Of a stretch of DNA of 64,000 nucleotides, positions 16,913-27,293 are shown one piece after another; position 1 is the stretch's first letter; every line of letters begins with the position of its first letter. The DNA is from a virus. The position numbers and the translations under genes are program-made. The notes beneath the pieces are model-generated. The model searched no databases, was not told the origin of the DNA, and saw only the letters and a list, made by a program, of their open reading frames with translations. The stretch lies in IMG/VR virus record IMGVR_UViG_3300034954_001721; one strand, given 5' to 3'.

Positions 16913-17702
16913 TGATATTGGAAATCTAGGTAGACTTGGTAACCAAATGTTCCAGTACACTGCACTTCGTGGTGTTGCCGATAGACATGGATATGGTTAC
17001 TGTCTTCCACCTAGAGAGATTGTTGGTACTAGAGATTTGAATTGTTCAAACTCTGATATTAGTATCTTTGAATGCTTCAAACTTCCTGATGCTCCAAGAG
17101 GCGTATCTAATTATCCAAGGGTTCAAGAATCTTGTGGATTCAACTTTGATACAAATATTTGGAATGGATGTCCTGATAATGTATCTTTGTATGGATACTT
17201 TCAGTCTGAAAAATACTTCAAGCACATTGAACATGAGATTCGTGAGGCATTTACTTTTGCTGATGATTTCCGTGTTCCTACAGAGGAAGCATTTAAATCA
17301 AACTTTGGAGATACTGAAGTAATTGCTATTCACCTTCGACGTGGTGATTACTTGAAGTATCCTCATCATCCTGTTCAGGAACTTTCTTATTACCAAAAGG
17401 GACTTGCAGAACTTCCCTCTGATATTCCTGTTATGATTTTTTCTGATGGGATTGATTGGTGTAAAGAGCAAGAAGAATTCAAAGACGACAGATTTATTTT
17501 TGCTGAAGGCAACCACACTGGTGTTGACCTCTGCCTTATGTCTCTCTGCACATATCATGTAATTGGCAACTCTTCTTTCTCTTGGTGGGGTTCTTGGTTA
17601 GCAAAGAGTAAGAAGACTATTGCCCCTAGTGTTTGGTTTGCTGGACCTGATGCACATAAAGATCTTAGTGATCTGTATCTTCCTGAGTGGACAATAATAT
17701 GA
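16899..17702 (+). CDS. Alpha-1,2-fucosyltransferase (GT11)
   Basis: GRLGNQMFQY, GYFQSEKYF, HLRRGDY, NSSFSWW. Confidence 0.9.
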   Translation: MLANDDIGNLGRLGNQMFQYTALRGVADRHGYGYCLPPREIVGTRDLNCSNSDISIFECFKLPDAPRGVSNYPRVQESCGFNFDTNIWNGCPDNVSLYGYFQSEKYFKHIEHEIREAFTFADDFRVPTEEAFKSNFGDTEVIAIHLRRGDYLKYPHHPVQELSYYQKGLAELPSDIPVMIFSDGIDWCKEQEEFKDDRFIFAEGNHTGVDLCLMSLCTYHVIGNSSFSWWGSWLAKSKKTIAPSVWFAGPDAHKDLSDLYLPEWTII

Positions 17703-18433
17703 GAGTAGCAGTATTCATCTCTGGTAGACTCAAGTGCTACGAGCAGAGACTTTTACCTTTCCTAGAAAAGGTTGATTATGATGTTGACCTCTTTATCTCT
17801 ATCAATGGTCATAGAGATGCTTATCATAATCAGGCGATTGAAAAACTATCTAAGTGGTTGAAAGGAGACTATATCAATCCATATATTGTCCCTCAGGATT
17901 ATGTGGATATTTTTATCAATATGAATAGTGGTACTAATGAACCACTTCCGTATAATCAGATGTCTTGCTTCTACAATGATAGAAAGGCATTTGAACTTGC
18001 TACTGAATATGCTGATAGAAACGGATTTGAATATGATGCCTACATGAAGTATCGTGCAGATATTATTACTGACAGTTATCCTCATGTTCAAAAGAGTGAT
18101 GAATATAAGTTGTTCTCAGTAGTTCCACAGTGCAATCATCATTCTCCGATTATTGATAAGTCAAAACCAACTATTTACAATAAACCTGGAGATTGGAGAC
18201 TTCCCGATACTAGAATAGTTCCTTGGGTGTCAGATGCTATAATCTATGGTAATAGAAAGTCTATGGATTCCTATACAAAAACTTATGAATATTGTGTAGA
18301 AATGAATAAACTTTGGAACGGACTTTATCCGATTGCATTTGAACCGTCGGTTACTCAAAATGCCTATGATAAAGGTGTGGAGATAGAATATTTTTCTATG
18401 TCATACTCCCATGACCCTGGTCGCCATAACTAA
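17699..18433 (+). CDS. Putative glycosyltransferase-like protein
   Basis: VAVFISGRL start; YDAYMKYRAD; island context. Confidence 0.5.
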   Translation: MRVAVFISGRLKCYEQRLLPFLEKVDYDVDLFISINGHRDAYHNQAIEKLSKWLKGDYINPYIVPQDYVDIFINMNSGTNEPLPYNQMSCFYNDRKAFELATEYADRNGFEYDAYMKYRADIITDSYPHVQKSDEYKLFSVVPQCNHHSPIIDKSKPTIYNKPGDWRLPDTRIVPWVSDAIIYGNRKSMDSYTKTYEYCVEMNKLWNGLYPIAFEPSVTQNAYDKGVEIEYFSMSYSHDPGRHN

Positions 18434-18436
18434 ATA
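18430..18436 (+). promoter_or_regulatory. T4-like late promoter inside the glycosylation island
   Basis: CTAAATA about 18 nt upstream of ATG 18454. Confidence 0.6.
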
Positions 18437-18453
18437 TCTAAAAAATATAATCA

Positions 18454-20004
18454 ATGAAAGTCGTTATTCCAATGTCTGGCATGAGCAGCAGGTTTGTTGC
18501 TGCTGGATATGAAATCCCAAAGTATCTGATAGAAATTGATGGTAAAAAAGTCATTGAACATATTGTTGAATTGTACCCAAAAGATTCTGACTTTGTTTTT
18601 ATTATCAATGATAAGCATGAGAAAGAAACCAATATTGTTGAAGTTTTAGAGGGTATTGCTGAAAACAAAGAGATTGTTACTATTCCTCGCCATAAGAAAG
18701 GTCCAGTATTTTCTGTATCTCAGTTTGAAGATTTGATTGATGATGATGAGGAAGTCATTGTTAATTACTGTGACTTCTCAATCTTTTGGGACTATAGGCA
18801 TTTCAAGGGATATGTTGATGATGTAGAATGTGATGGGTGTGTAATCTGTTATACGGGGTTCCATCCTCATATGTTGGGTAGTGATAACTATGCTTTCTGT
18901 CAGACTGATGATGAAAATAAAATTTTAGAGGTTAGGGAGAAGCAACCATTCACAGACGATAAGATGTCTGAGTTTGCTTCTGCTGGTAACTACTATTTTA
19001 GGAAAGGAAGTTATATCAAGAAATACTTTAAGCAGTTAATGGATGAAGATATTAATATCAACGGTGAATACTATGTGAGTCTGATTTATAATCTGATGGT
19101 TCAGGATAATCTGGACAATCGTGTTTATGAGGTCCCTTATATGTTGCAGTGGGGAACTCCTGGTGATCTTGATATTTACAACAGTTGGTCCAACTATTAT
19201 TGTAAAGCACTGGAGGGGCAGAAAGAAGTTAAGATAGAGAACTGTACACTTGCACTTCCTATGGCAGGTGCTGGTAGTCGTTTTGCCAAGCAGGGATATG
19301 CACATCCTAAACCATTTATTCCTGTGAATGGGAAGAATATGGTTGACCAGGCAGTTCGTTGTCTTCCCAAGACTGACAGAACCATCTATGCTTGTTTGAA
19401 GGGACATCAAGCACCTGGTGATGATGTTGTATGGATTGATGAGGTTCTAGAGGGTCAAGCTTGTACTACAGAAAAGATTGTAGAACAATGTGAGGATGGT
19501 TCAATTCTTGTATCTGCGTGTGATAATGGTGTCTTTTATGATGCAGATAAGTTCTTAGAGTTGGTAAATGATGAAAGTAATGATATAATAGTATGGACCT
19601 ATAGAAATAATTATACCAGTCAACTTCAACCAAATGCATATTCATGGGTAAACTGTGATGAAGATGGTAATGTTTCTAGTGTTGATGTAAAAGATTTCAA
19701 AGGAACTAATCCTGTAGAAGAGTTTGCAATTACAGGAACAATGTTCTTCCGATCAAGAGAAATTTTTGCACAGACTCTGAGTTCTCTTTATGATCATGAT
19801 GTAAGAACAAATGGTGAGTTCTATGTTGATAGTATGCTTAATGAAGCAATCAATATGGGATTCAAAGTAAAAAACTTTGAGATTGATAATTATATTTGTT
19901 GGGGAACACCTAACGATTTAAAGACTTATCAATACTGGCAAAGATTCTTTAATAAAGTTGATTGGCACGATTATTGTTATGCAGAAGACTACTTTACAAA
20001 ATAA
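18454..20004 (+). CDS. Tandem two-domain sugar nucleotidyltransferase (BcbE-like)
   Basis: IPMSGMSSRF...PKYL and LPMAGAGSRF...PKPF; each domain has NGE(Y/F)YV and WGTP. Confidence 0.85.
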   Translation: MKVVIPMSGMSSRFVAAGYEIPKYLIEIDGKKVIEHIVELYPKDSDFVFIINDKHEKETNIVEVLEGIAENKEIVTIPRHKKGPVFSVSQFEDLIDDDEEVIVNYCDFSIFWDYRHFKGYVDDVECDGCVICYTGFHPHMLGSDNYAFCQTDDENKILEVREKQPFTDDKMSEFASAGNYYFRKGSYIKKYFKQLMDEDININGEYYVSLIYNLMVQDNLDNRVYEVPYMLQWGTPGDLDIYNSWSNYYCKALEGQKEVKIENCTLALPMAGAGSRFAKQGYAHPKPFIPVNGKNMVDQAVRCLPKTDRTIYACLKGHQAPGDDVVWIDEVLEGQACTTEKIVEQCEDGSILVSACDNGVFYDADKFLELVNDESNDIIVWTYRNNYTSQLQPNAYSWVNCDEDGNVSSVDVKDFKGTNPVEEFAITGTMFFRSREIFAQTLSSLYDHDVRTNGEFYVDSMLNEAINMGFKVKNFEIDNYICWGTPNDLKTYQYWQRFFNKVDWHDYCYAEDYFTK

Positions 20005-20821
20005 AGATATTGATGCTGTATTGATGCTGCATTGGGGATGGACTGATCTTCTCCAGCACGTTGGTATGGTTAGATATTATAAAGAACAATATAAATCTGT
20101 TTCTTTAGTTTGCTTACCTCATCAGAAAATATTTCTTGAGGCATTGTTTCCAGACTTTGAGTTAATTTTTGTTCCGTGTCCTGATAGGGGTCAAATTGAT
20201 TTGGAAGTTAGGAGATTATTTGATGATGATTACTTGTTCCTATTTGACGGTCATCAGTGCTCTCAAAATCTTACTCTTTCATTTGGTAGACAAAAATTCA
20301 AACCAAAAACTGAGATACAGCAAATGAACTGTGAGGCATATAGGAAGAGTGCCTTACATAGAATGCAAGAAATCAAAGATTTGGATGCCAATGATCCTAC
20401 TTTTGATGAAAGGATTGGTTTCTACACTTTGTCTGGTTTAGAACATTCTATTGCTTTTGACTATTTTGATATTGTTAGAGATAAGGAAAGTGAAGATGCA
20501 AAATATTCTGAATTAGTTTACTCTGAAGGACACTCTGTGGTTCATCATACTTATGGTATGGATATTTCAAAAGTCAAAGAACCACTAGTATATCTTAATG
20601 ACAACTCGCATAAAATTGTTGATATGATGAAAATCATTGAGAATGCAAATGAGGTTCATCTTTATGATAGTCTCTATGGAGTTCTCTGTTATTTTGCATA
20701 CTTCTCTGGTAAATTGAAAGGACCAAAGTTTTATTTCCACAAGTATGCTAGATTGAAGATACCTAAATTTTTCAATTATGAGTGGATGGAAAAATCTGAT
20801 GATTGGGTTATCTTAGAATGA
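19979..20821 (+). CDS. Putative GT-B (GT9-like) glycosyltransferase
   Basis: HWGWTD...GMVRYY and IENANEVHLYDS; resembles 23310 gene. Confidence 0.5.
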   Translation: MQKTTLQNKDIDAVLMLHWGWTDLLQHVGMVRYYKEQYKSVSLVCLPHQKIFLEALFPDFELIFVPCPDRGQIDLEVRRLFDDDYLFLFDGHQCSQNLTLSFGRQKFKPKTEIQQMNCEAYRKSALHRMQEIKDLDANDPTFDERIGFYTLSGLEHSIAFDYFDIVRDKESEDAKYSELVYSEGHSVVHHTYGMDISKVKEPLVYLNDNSHKIVDMMKIIENANEVHLYDSLYGVLCYFAYFSGKLKGPKFYFHKYARLKIPKFFNYEWMEKSDDWVILE

Positions 20822-21921
20822 AAAAAACCATATTACCTATTTCATACTGGGATTCTGGGCAGACAAGGAGAGTTGCACCTGTAGATGAAAATCATAGAAT
20901 ACTTGAAGTTGCTTATTTTGAACAGATAAGATTTGTAGGTCATTCAAAGCATTATCCACAACCTTTGATGTGGTCCACTAAAACAGAAAAACTTATTCTG
21001 CCAACAATTGAAAAATTTATGTCTCTTGACAGGGGAACTGTTTATGAAGAGACGATGGAATATGAGATGTGGACTCCCGTAAGATTCACTCAGTTTTGTG
21101 ATATTCCAGTATTTTATTTCGTCTATAATATGGCGAACTATTATCATTTCATTTACGATACTCTTCCATATCTTTATCATTTCTTCAACGAAAGAAAGAT
21201 TCATCCCAATCTAAAACTACTTGTCAGTCCACCTGAAGGTAGAGCAGATCTCTATCCATTTGTTTGGGAATGTTTGCTACTTTTAGGCATCACTCAGAAC
21301 GATGTGATATTTTTGAATCAAAATACCTTATATAATAAGGTCTGTGTAGGTTCTTCTCTCACTCATAATCGTCTTTCTAACTCACCACCACATAATAAGG
21401 TGTTTGAAGTTTTGAATCGCATGAAGGGTGAAAGTAAAGGACCAGAGAAGATTTATATTTCTCGCCGTACTTGGTTGCATAATAATCTAGAAAATATTGG
21501 AACAAATTACACAGAACGCAGACGTTGTGTGAATGAAGATGAGGTGGCAGAACTTTTTATCTCTCAGGGATTTGAAGAAGTGTTTTGTGAAAACTTGTCA
21601 ATGAGAGAAAAGATTGCTATGTTTAGTAACGCTAAAGTCATAGCAGGTCCAATCGGTGGAGGTATGTGTAATGTAATCTTTTCTCCACCAGAGACAAATG
21701 TAATCTCAATTAACAGTCCAAAGTTTTTTGATGTTAATAGTAGATTTGAATACTCAATGTCTCATACTAATCTACATCACTTTGACCACACAGAGTTTGT
21801 TGATGAGATTGAAGAGAGTGTAGAAAGCAAAGGATCACTTTCTATTTCTGGTGGATTAAATTCACCTTGGAAAGTAAATATAGATAAACTGACCAAATTC
21901 TTAAAAGCATGTCTGACTTGA
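20818..21921 (+). CDS. GT61/DUF563 family glycosyltransferase
   Basis: NYYHFIYDTLP, KIYISRR, RRCVNEDEV, FSNAKVIAGPIGGGMCN. Confidence 0.8.
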   Translation: MKKTILPISYWDSGQTRRVAPVDENHRILEVAYFEQIRFVGHSKHYPQPLMWSTKTEKLILPTIEKFMSLDRGTVYEETMEYEMWTPVRFTQFCDIPVFYFVYNMANYYHFIYDTLPYLYHFFNERKIHPNLKLLVSPPEGRADLYPFVWECLLLLGITQNDVIFLNQNTLYNKVCVGSSLTHNRLSNSPPHNKVFEVLNRMKGESKGPEKIYISRRTWLHNNLENIGTNYTERRRCVNEDEVAELFISQGFEEVFCENLSMREKIAMFSNAKVIAGPIGGGMCNVIFSPPETNVISINSPKFFDVNSRFEYSMSHTNLHHFDHTEFVDEIEESVESKGSLSISGGLNSPWKVNIDKLTKFLKACLT

Positions 21922-22568
21922 TTGAACTGGCACGGACGGTAAGTCCATATACTATTGTTGGGGAGGGGAATGTATCCAAAAGAACTAAAGATGGATTTGT
22001 TGTAAAGGCAAGTGGTGCAGATTTAAAATCCATGAATGATGAGGATTTAGTTCCTTGTAATTTTGATGGTGAACAGATTGGTAACTTTGATAGAGTTCCT
22101 AGTATTGAAGTTTGTTTTCATGCTTGGTTTATGGAAAAATTTCCATTAGTGAATTACGTAGCTCATACACATCCTGTAGAAACTAATAAAATTTTATGCT
22201 CCCATGATGTCTTCACATTTGCTACGACTAGATTATTTCCTGATCAAATTGTAAGGAATGGCGCAAAATCTTGTGTTGTTCCATACGCAACACCAGGTGC
22301 TCCATTAATGAAAGAGATTGAAAATTCTGTTTATCATCATATAAATTTTGAAGGATACTTTCCAAAATTGATTCTGCTGCAGAATCATGGTATAATTGTT
22401 GCATCTGCATCTATAAAGGAATGTATTGCTTCTACAATGATGTGTGAAAAGTCTGCTGAAATTTATATTGGTGCTAAGTCACTAAGTATGAAGTGTTTAA
22501 CTAAAGAAAATGTTATGGAAATTGACACATGTCCAAAGGAAGAATATCGGAGAAAGATTTTAAAATGA
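21909..22568 (+). CDS. Class II aldolase/adducin family (aldolase or ketose-phosphate epimerase)
   Basis: EGNVS, PSIEVCFH, HTHP, LQNHG. Confidence 0.85.
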   Translation: MSDLIELARTVSPYTIVGEGNVSKRTKDGFVVKASGADLKSMNDEDLVPCNFDGEQIGNFDRVPSIEVCFHAWFMEKFPLVNYVAHTHPVETNKILCSHDVFTFATTRLFPDQIVRNGAKSCVVPYATPGAPLMKEIENSVYHHINFEGYFPKLILLQNHGIIVASASIKECIASTMMCEKSAEIYIGAKSLSMKCLTKENVMEIDTCPKEEYRRKILK

Positions 22569-22876
22569 AAGTCATTTATGTAGATATTGATGAAACTATT
22601 TGTCACCGTGAAACATCAGTAGACTTTGGTACTACACACGATTATACAAAAGCAAAACCAATTGTAGAGAATATTGAAAAAATCAATAAACTTTATGATC
22701 AGGGAAATACTATTGTGTATTGGACTGCTCGTGGTAGCAGGAAGCAAATTGATTGGACAAATCTGACGAGACAACAACTTGATGATTGGGGTGCTAAGTA
22801 TCACGAACTTAGAGTTGATAAACCTTTTTATGATTTGTTTATTGAAGACAAATCACTTCGCATTGAGGAAGTATGA
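22565..22876 (+). CDS. Small HAD phosphatase (BcbF-like)
   Basis: VDIDETIC, WTARG, KP..D..IEDK. Confidence 0.8.
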   Translation: MKVIYVDIDETICHRETSVDFGTTHDYTKAKPIVENIEKINKLYDQGNTIVYWTARGSRKQIDWTNLTRQQLDDWGAKYHELRVDKPFYDLFIEDKSLRIEEV

Positions 22877-23313
22877 AAATTATTTCTCATCGGGGAAACA
22901 TTCGTGGTCCCGTTCCTGGTAGGGAGAATGCTCCTAGTTACATTGATTGTGCCATTGGTAATGGGTACGATGTAGAAATTGATGTTCGCTCAGTGAATGG
23001 TGAATTGTGGTTAGGTCATGATGAACCTCAATATAAGATAACCTGGAACTGGATTTTTCATAGACAGTTTAATTTGTGGTTGCATTGTAAAAATCTTGAA
23101 GCAGCTAAAATGTGTCAAATTTTTCAATCTTTTTGTCATGAGGGGGATGCATTTACATTTACTTCGAAAAAGATGATTTGGTTGCATGATCTTTCTCAAA
23201 CAGTTGATGACAAAACAGTCATTCCTCTTCTATCAAAAGAGGATTTAGAACAACAGTCTAATCTCATTCAAGATTGTTATGGAGTTTGTACTGATTATCC
23301 TTCATTAATATGA
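22873..23313 (+). CDS. Minimal glycerophosphodiester phosphodiesterase-like protein
   Basis: ISHRGN, EN, DVEIDV, LGHD, HCKN, CTDY. Confidence 0.75.
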   Translation: MKIISHRGNIRGPVPGRENAPSYIDCAIGNGYDVEIDVRSVNGELWLGHDEPQYKITWNWIFHRQFNLWLHCKNLEAAKMCQIFQSFCHEGDAFTFTSKKMIWLHDLSQTVDDKTVIPLLSKEDLEQQSNLIQDCYGVCTDYPSLI

Positions 23314-24092
23314 AATCTCTTTTCGTTAAACAGTATGATGCCTTTGGTGATTGGGTGTCTGCAAATGGACTGATTCGTCATCTGATTGAAGAGCAGTCCT
23401 ATGACAAGGTATATCTGGTTTTGGAGTATAACGAAAGCAGGAAACACTTCATCAATATGTTATATGGTGATGATACTAGAATCACTACCATTATGGATAC
23501 TCAAGTTGATAATACCTGCACACCTAATGATGATGTGATTGATCTAAGATTTGAAAATAATCCACGAACTCGCAGTCATAACCATTGGTGTAATCAAAAT
23601 CTGTATGGAAATTATGTCCATATTGGAGAAGAATCTAACTCCGATAAGTTTTATACTAGACTTGGTATAGATCCGAAAATTAAAAATGATAAATTCTTCT
23701 TCTCAAGAAAGCATGATTTGGAAGAAGAACTTTTTGCTAGTTTAGATGTTGAAGAACCCTATTCGGTCGTATGTGACTATGGTGAAAACCTTATAGATAG
23801 GAAGTATGTGAAGCATAAAAAGATTATCAATCTCCATAATATTTCTCCAAATTTGGTTGATATATTAAAGATTCTTGAGAACTCGGACGATATACATTTG
23901 ATAGAAAACACCGTAGGACTATTTGTATATCATCTACAGTCTGCTAACCTGCTTGATAGATTTAACGTGAATCTTCATGCGTATGCTAGAAAAGAATCTC
24001 ATCGCAAATGTGATGGACCAGATTGTAATAATCCTTATCTAAACATGCTACTTCTACCTAAACTGGATAACTGGGAGGTCGTATGGAATTGA
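23310..24092 (+). CDS. Putative GT-B (GT9-like) glycosyltransferase
   Basis: FGDWVSANGLIRH and ILENSDDIHLIEN. Confidence 0.5.
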   Translation: MKSLFVKQYDAFGDWVSANGLIRHLIEEQSYDKVYLVLEYNESRKHFINMLYGDDTRITTIMDTQVDNTCTPNDDVIDLRFENNPRTRSHNHWCNQNLYGNYVHIGEESNSDKFYTRLGIDPKIKNDKFFFSRKHDLEEELFASLDVEEPYSVVCDYGENLIDRKYVKHKKIINLHNISPNLVDILKILENSDDIHLIENTVGLFVYHLQSANLLDRFNVNLHAYARKESHRKCDGPDCNNPYLNMLLLPKLDNWEVVWN

Positions 24093-24418
24093 AACCATGG
24101 GGTTCTTATACTAATATTCTTGATGAAGAATATACTAAAGTAAAGAAGATTGTAATCAAGTCTGGTGAGTCACCAAGTTATCAGTATCATTTCAAGAGAA
24201 GTGAAATCTGGGTTATCGTAAAAGGGTCTGCAGAGGTCAAGATTGACGATAACATCATGACTCACGGTGTTGGTGATGTTATTAGAATTCCTAAGGAAGC
24301 AAAGCATCAAGTAACAAACATTTCAAATGAAGATTTAGTTTTTATTGAAGTACAACTTGGTGAATACTTTGGTGAAGATGATATTGTGAGGTTAAATGAC
24401 AAGTATGGCAGAGTATAA
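24083..24418 (+). CDS. Mannose-6-phosphate isomerase type II cupin
   Basis: KPWGSY, SYQYHFKRSEIW, IEVQLGEYFGEDDIVRLNDKYGR. Confidence 0.88.
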   Translation: MELKPWGSYTNILDEEYTKVKKIVIKSGESPSYQYHFKRSEIWVIVKGSAEVKIDDNIMTHGVGDVIRIPKEAKHQVTNISNEDLVFIEVQLGEYFGEDDIVRLNDKYGRV

Positions 24419-25952
24419 GGTATTACTTACAACAAGTGGTCTTGGTTCAAGGTTAGGCAATCTAACCAAATTTACGAATAAGAGTTTGGTTCGCGTTGGT
24501 GATAAACCAGCAATCTCTCATATCATTGAATCATATCCAAAGGATGTTGAGTTTGTAGTGACTATAGGTCATTACGGATCTCATGTGAAGCAGTATCTTT
24601 CTATGGCACACGCTGATAGAAAGATTCAGTTTGTTGAAGTTGATAATTATATGGGTGAGGGAAGCAGTCTCCTTTACTCAATTTCTTTATGTGAAGAGTA
24701 TCTTCAGTGTCCTTTCGTCTTCCATGCATGTGATACTATTCTTCCAAAGAACTATATTAAAGACATAGATTTTTCATCTAACTGGTCTATTGGTGGTGGA
24801 GGAGAGAATAGTCAGGCATATAGAACTCTAAATTGTGTCAATGGTAAGATTGCTTCTATTAATGAGAAAGGGGAGCAAAACTTTGACTATGTTTATATTG
24901 GAGTCTCTGGATTCAAGAACTATATTGAATTCTGGGAAGTATGTAATGAGATTCTAAGTGCAGTCAAGACTAGTGAATTGAGTGATTGTCACGTCATCAG
25001 GAAAATGTCTGACTTCTCTGTGGTAGAAGTTAGTGATTGGTATGATATTGGTAATATTGATTCACTGAAGAAAACTAGAAGTGTTATCAAAGGTACGGTT
25101 CATGTCTTGGATAAAGAAGATGAGAACATCTTTGTCTTTGAAGATTATGTCATCAAGTTTTTCTACAACAAAAAGATTTGTTCTGACAGAGTTGCTAGAA
25201 CTCAGAGTCTGTCTGGATTGGTTCCTGAACTGGTTGCAAGTTCAGAGAACTTCTACAAATACAAGTTTGTAAAAGCAGACCTTCTAGCAGACACTGTAAA
25301 TATCACACGCTTCATTAATCTTCTTCAGTGGGCAGATAAAAAACTTTGGATTCCTAAAGAAGATGAATCCTATAAAGATAATGCACTTTCTTTCTATAAG
25401 GACAAAACTCTGAAGAGAATATCTAAGTTCTTGGATAAGTATAATCTTGAGGATGAGTCTGATGTTATCAATGGTGTTCAGGTTCCACCTGTCAGAGAGA
25501 TGATAGAACAGATTGATTTTGATCGCTTAATTGGATCTAAACCAACTGGATTTCACGGAGACTTCATCTTAGATAATATTCTTGTTAATGAAGAAGGATT
25601 TACATTAATTGACTGGAGACAAGATTTTAATGGTAGTATAGATGCTGGTGATATGAATTATGATATTGCCAAGTTGAATCATAATCTAACTCTCAATCAT
25701 CAAGTTCTTTCTAATAATCTTTTTACAATCAACTCTAAGGATGAAATTACTTGTGATGTCTATGTGAAGAAATCTCACCTAGATTGTAAGGAGTATCTCA
25801 AACACTTCTGTCAATTTAGGGGAGTATCACACGACGATATTCAAATATTGACTTCCCTTATTTGGATAAACATGGCTCCATTGCACGAGCATCCTCTTGA
25901 TATGTTCTTATATTATTTTGGTAAACATAATTTGTTCTTGAACCTTATATGA
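24405..25952 (+). CDS. Nucleotidyltransferase fused to an APH/choline-kinase-like domain
   Basis: SGLGSRL...NKSL N-domain; FHGDFILDNI and LIDWR C-domain. Confidence 0.8.
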   Translation: MAEYKVLLTTSGLGSRLGNLTKFTNKSLVRVGDKPAISHIIESYPKDVEFVVTIGHYGSHVKQYLSMAHADRKIQFVEVDNYMGEGSSLLYSISLCEEYLQCPFVFHACDTILPKNYIKDIDFSSNWSIGGGGENSQAYRTLNCVNGKIASINEKGEQNFDYVYIGVSGFKNYIEFWEVCNEILSAVKTSELSDCHVIRKMSDFSVVEVSDWYDIGNIDSLKKTRSVIKGTVHVLDKEDENIFVFEDYVIKFFYNKKICSDRVARTQSLSGLVPELVASSENFYKYKFVKADLLADTVNITRFINLLQWADKKLWIPKEDESYKDNALSFYKDKTLKRISKFLDKYNLEDESDVINGVQVPPVREMIEQIDFDRLIGSKPTGFHGDFILDNILVNEEGFTLIDWRQDFNGSIDAGDMNYDIAKLNHNLTLNHQVLSNNLFTINSKDEITCDVYVKKSHLDCKEYLKHFCQFRGVSHDDIQILTSLIWINMAPLHEHPLDMFLYYFGKHNLFLNLI

Positions 25953-26941
25953 ATTTCCCCAAATATTATATTGGTCCAATGAGTAAGAATGTGGTTGATT
26001 GTGTAATCGACCATAAGTATCCTATTGGATTTATTCCTTCAAGACGACAGGTTGATTTTTGTGGAGGGTATGTAAGTGGGTGGGACACAAAATCATTTTC
26101 TGAATATGTAAGAGAAAGAAATTCATCTGTTCTTCTCTGCAGGGATCATGGTGGAGAAAATCAAGGTCAAGAGATGGATGATGGAAATGAGTCTTTTTCA
26201 AATGACTGTGATAACTTTGACTTGATACATATTGATCCTTTTAGAGTGTCTGGCAGTATGTTAGATGCTGCAGAGAAAACCAAATCAATCATAGAAAATC
26301 TTTGGACTAAAAATCCAAATATGATGTATGAGGTTGGAACTGAAGAAGCAATCTATAAGTATCAACCAGAAGAACTAAAGTGGTTCCTTGAGTATCTCAA
26401 GATGGGTTTGACTGTAGAACAGTTTAATCAAATCAAATATGCTGTAGTTCAGTCTGGAACCAGATTAGATTTATCTACAAGAACAAATACTGGCAACTTC
26501 AACAATAGAAGACTCAAGAGTTTTATTCGTGTTGTTAAAAAGTATGGACTTCTTAGTAAAGAACATAATGGTGATTATCTGATTGATTCTTTTGACGTTG
26601 AGATGAGATTTGAATCTGGTCTTGATGCTATTAATATTGCTCCTGAGTTTGGACAGATTGAATCTGAATATTACTTAGAAGAGTGTAGAAAGGATAAAGA
26701 AATATTTGAACGTCTTTATGAATTATGTTATAATTCTGGAAAGTGGAAGAAGTGGGTTAAGGATGTAAAGAGAGTTTCTAAAAGTCAACTCATAATGACT
26801 TGCTGCCATTACATTTTGAGTAATCAAGAATTTATTAATTCAATTAAATCTCACTTTCCAGATTCTGATTCCATCATTAAAAAAAGGATTAATTCTCAAC
26901 TTAAATTATTAAATGAGCAGACAAAAAACTATCGCATTTGA
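25949..26941 (+). CDS. GatZ/KbaZ-like (tagatose-phosphate epimerase/aldolase-like) TIM barrel
   Basis: SRRQVD..GGY, RDHGG, IHIDP, YEVGTEE, EHNGDY, NIAPE. Confidence 0.7.
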   Translation: MNFPKYYIGPMSKNVVDCVIDHKYPIGFIPSRRQVDFCGGYVSGWDTKSFSEYVRERNSSVLLCRDHGGENQGQEMDDGNESFSNDCDNFDLIHIDPFRVSGSMLDAAEKTKSIIENLWTKNPNMMYEVGTEEAIYKYQPEELKWFLEYLKMGLTVEQFNQIKYAVVQSGTRLDLSTRTNTGNFNNRRLKSFIRVVKKYGLLSKEHNGDYLIDSFDVEMRFESGLDAINIAPEFGQIESEYYLEECRKDKEIFERLYELCYNSGKWKKWVKDVKRVSKSQLIMTCCHYILSNQEFINSIKSHFPDSDSIIKKRINSQLKLLNEQTKNYRI

Positions 26942-27293
26942 TTTGGATGATGTTATTTGTTGGAGACCCAAAGGATATGAGGACTTGGGTCCATTCAAGT
27001 ATGATCATTGCCAACCAATTCAAGAAACAATTGACTTGGTAAATGAACTTCACGATGACGGACATAAGATTGTGGTTTATACTGCAAGAGGAATGTCTCA
27101 ATACAAAGGTGATGTGAATTTAATTTATTCAAATTTATATTGTAGAACGATATCACAACTTGATAAATGGGGTGTTAAGTATGATCAGTTAGTGATGGGT
27201 AAGATTCATTTTGATGTTCTAGTTGATGATAAGGTTTGGAACTCTCGTAAGATTACAAAGAAAGCAATTGAGAATTTGTTAAATGAAAACTGA
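26913..27293 (+). CDS. Small HAD phosphatase (BcbF-like)
   Basis: FDLDDVIC, YTARG, GK...DDK. Confidence 0.8.
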   Translation: MSRQKTIAFDLDDVICWRPKGYEDLGPFKYDHCQPIQETIDLVNELHDDGHKIVVYTARGMSQYKGDVNLIYSNLYCRTISQLDKWGVKYDQLVMGKIHFDVLVDDKVWNSRKITKKAIENLLNEN

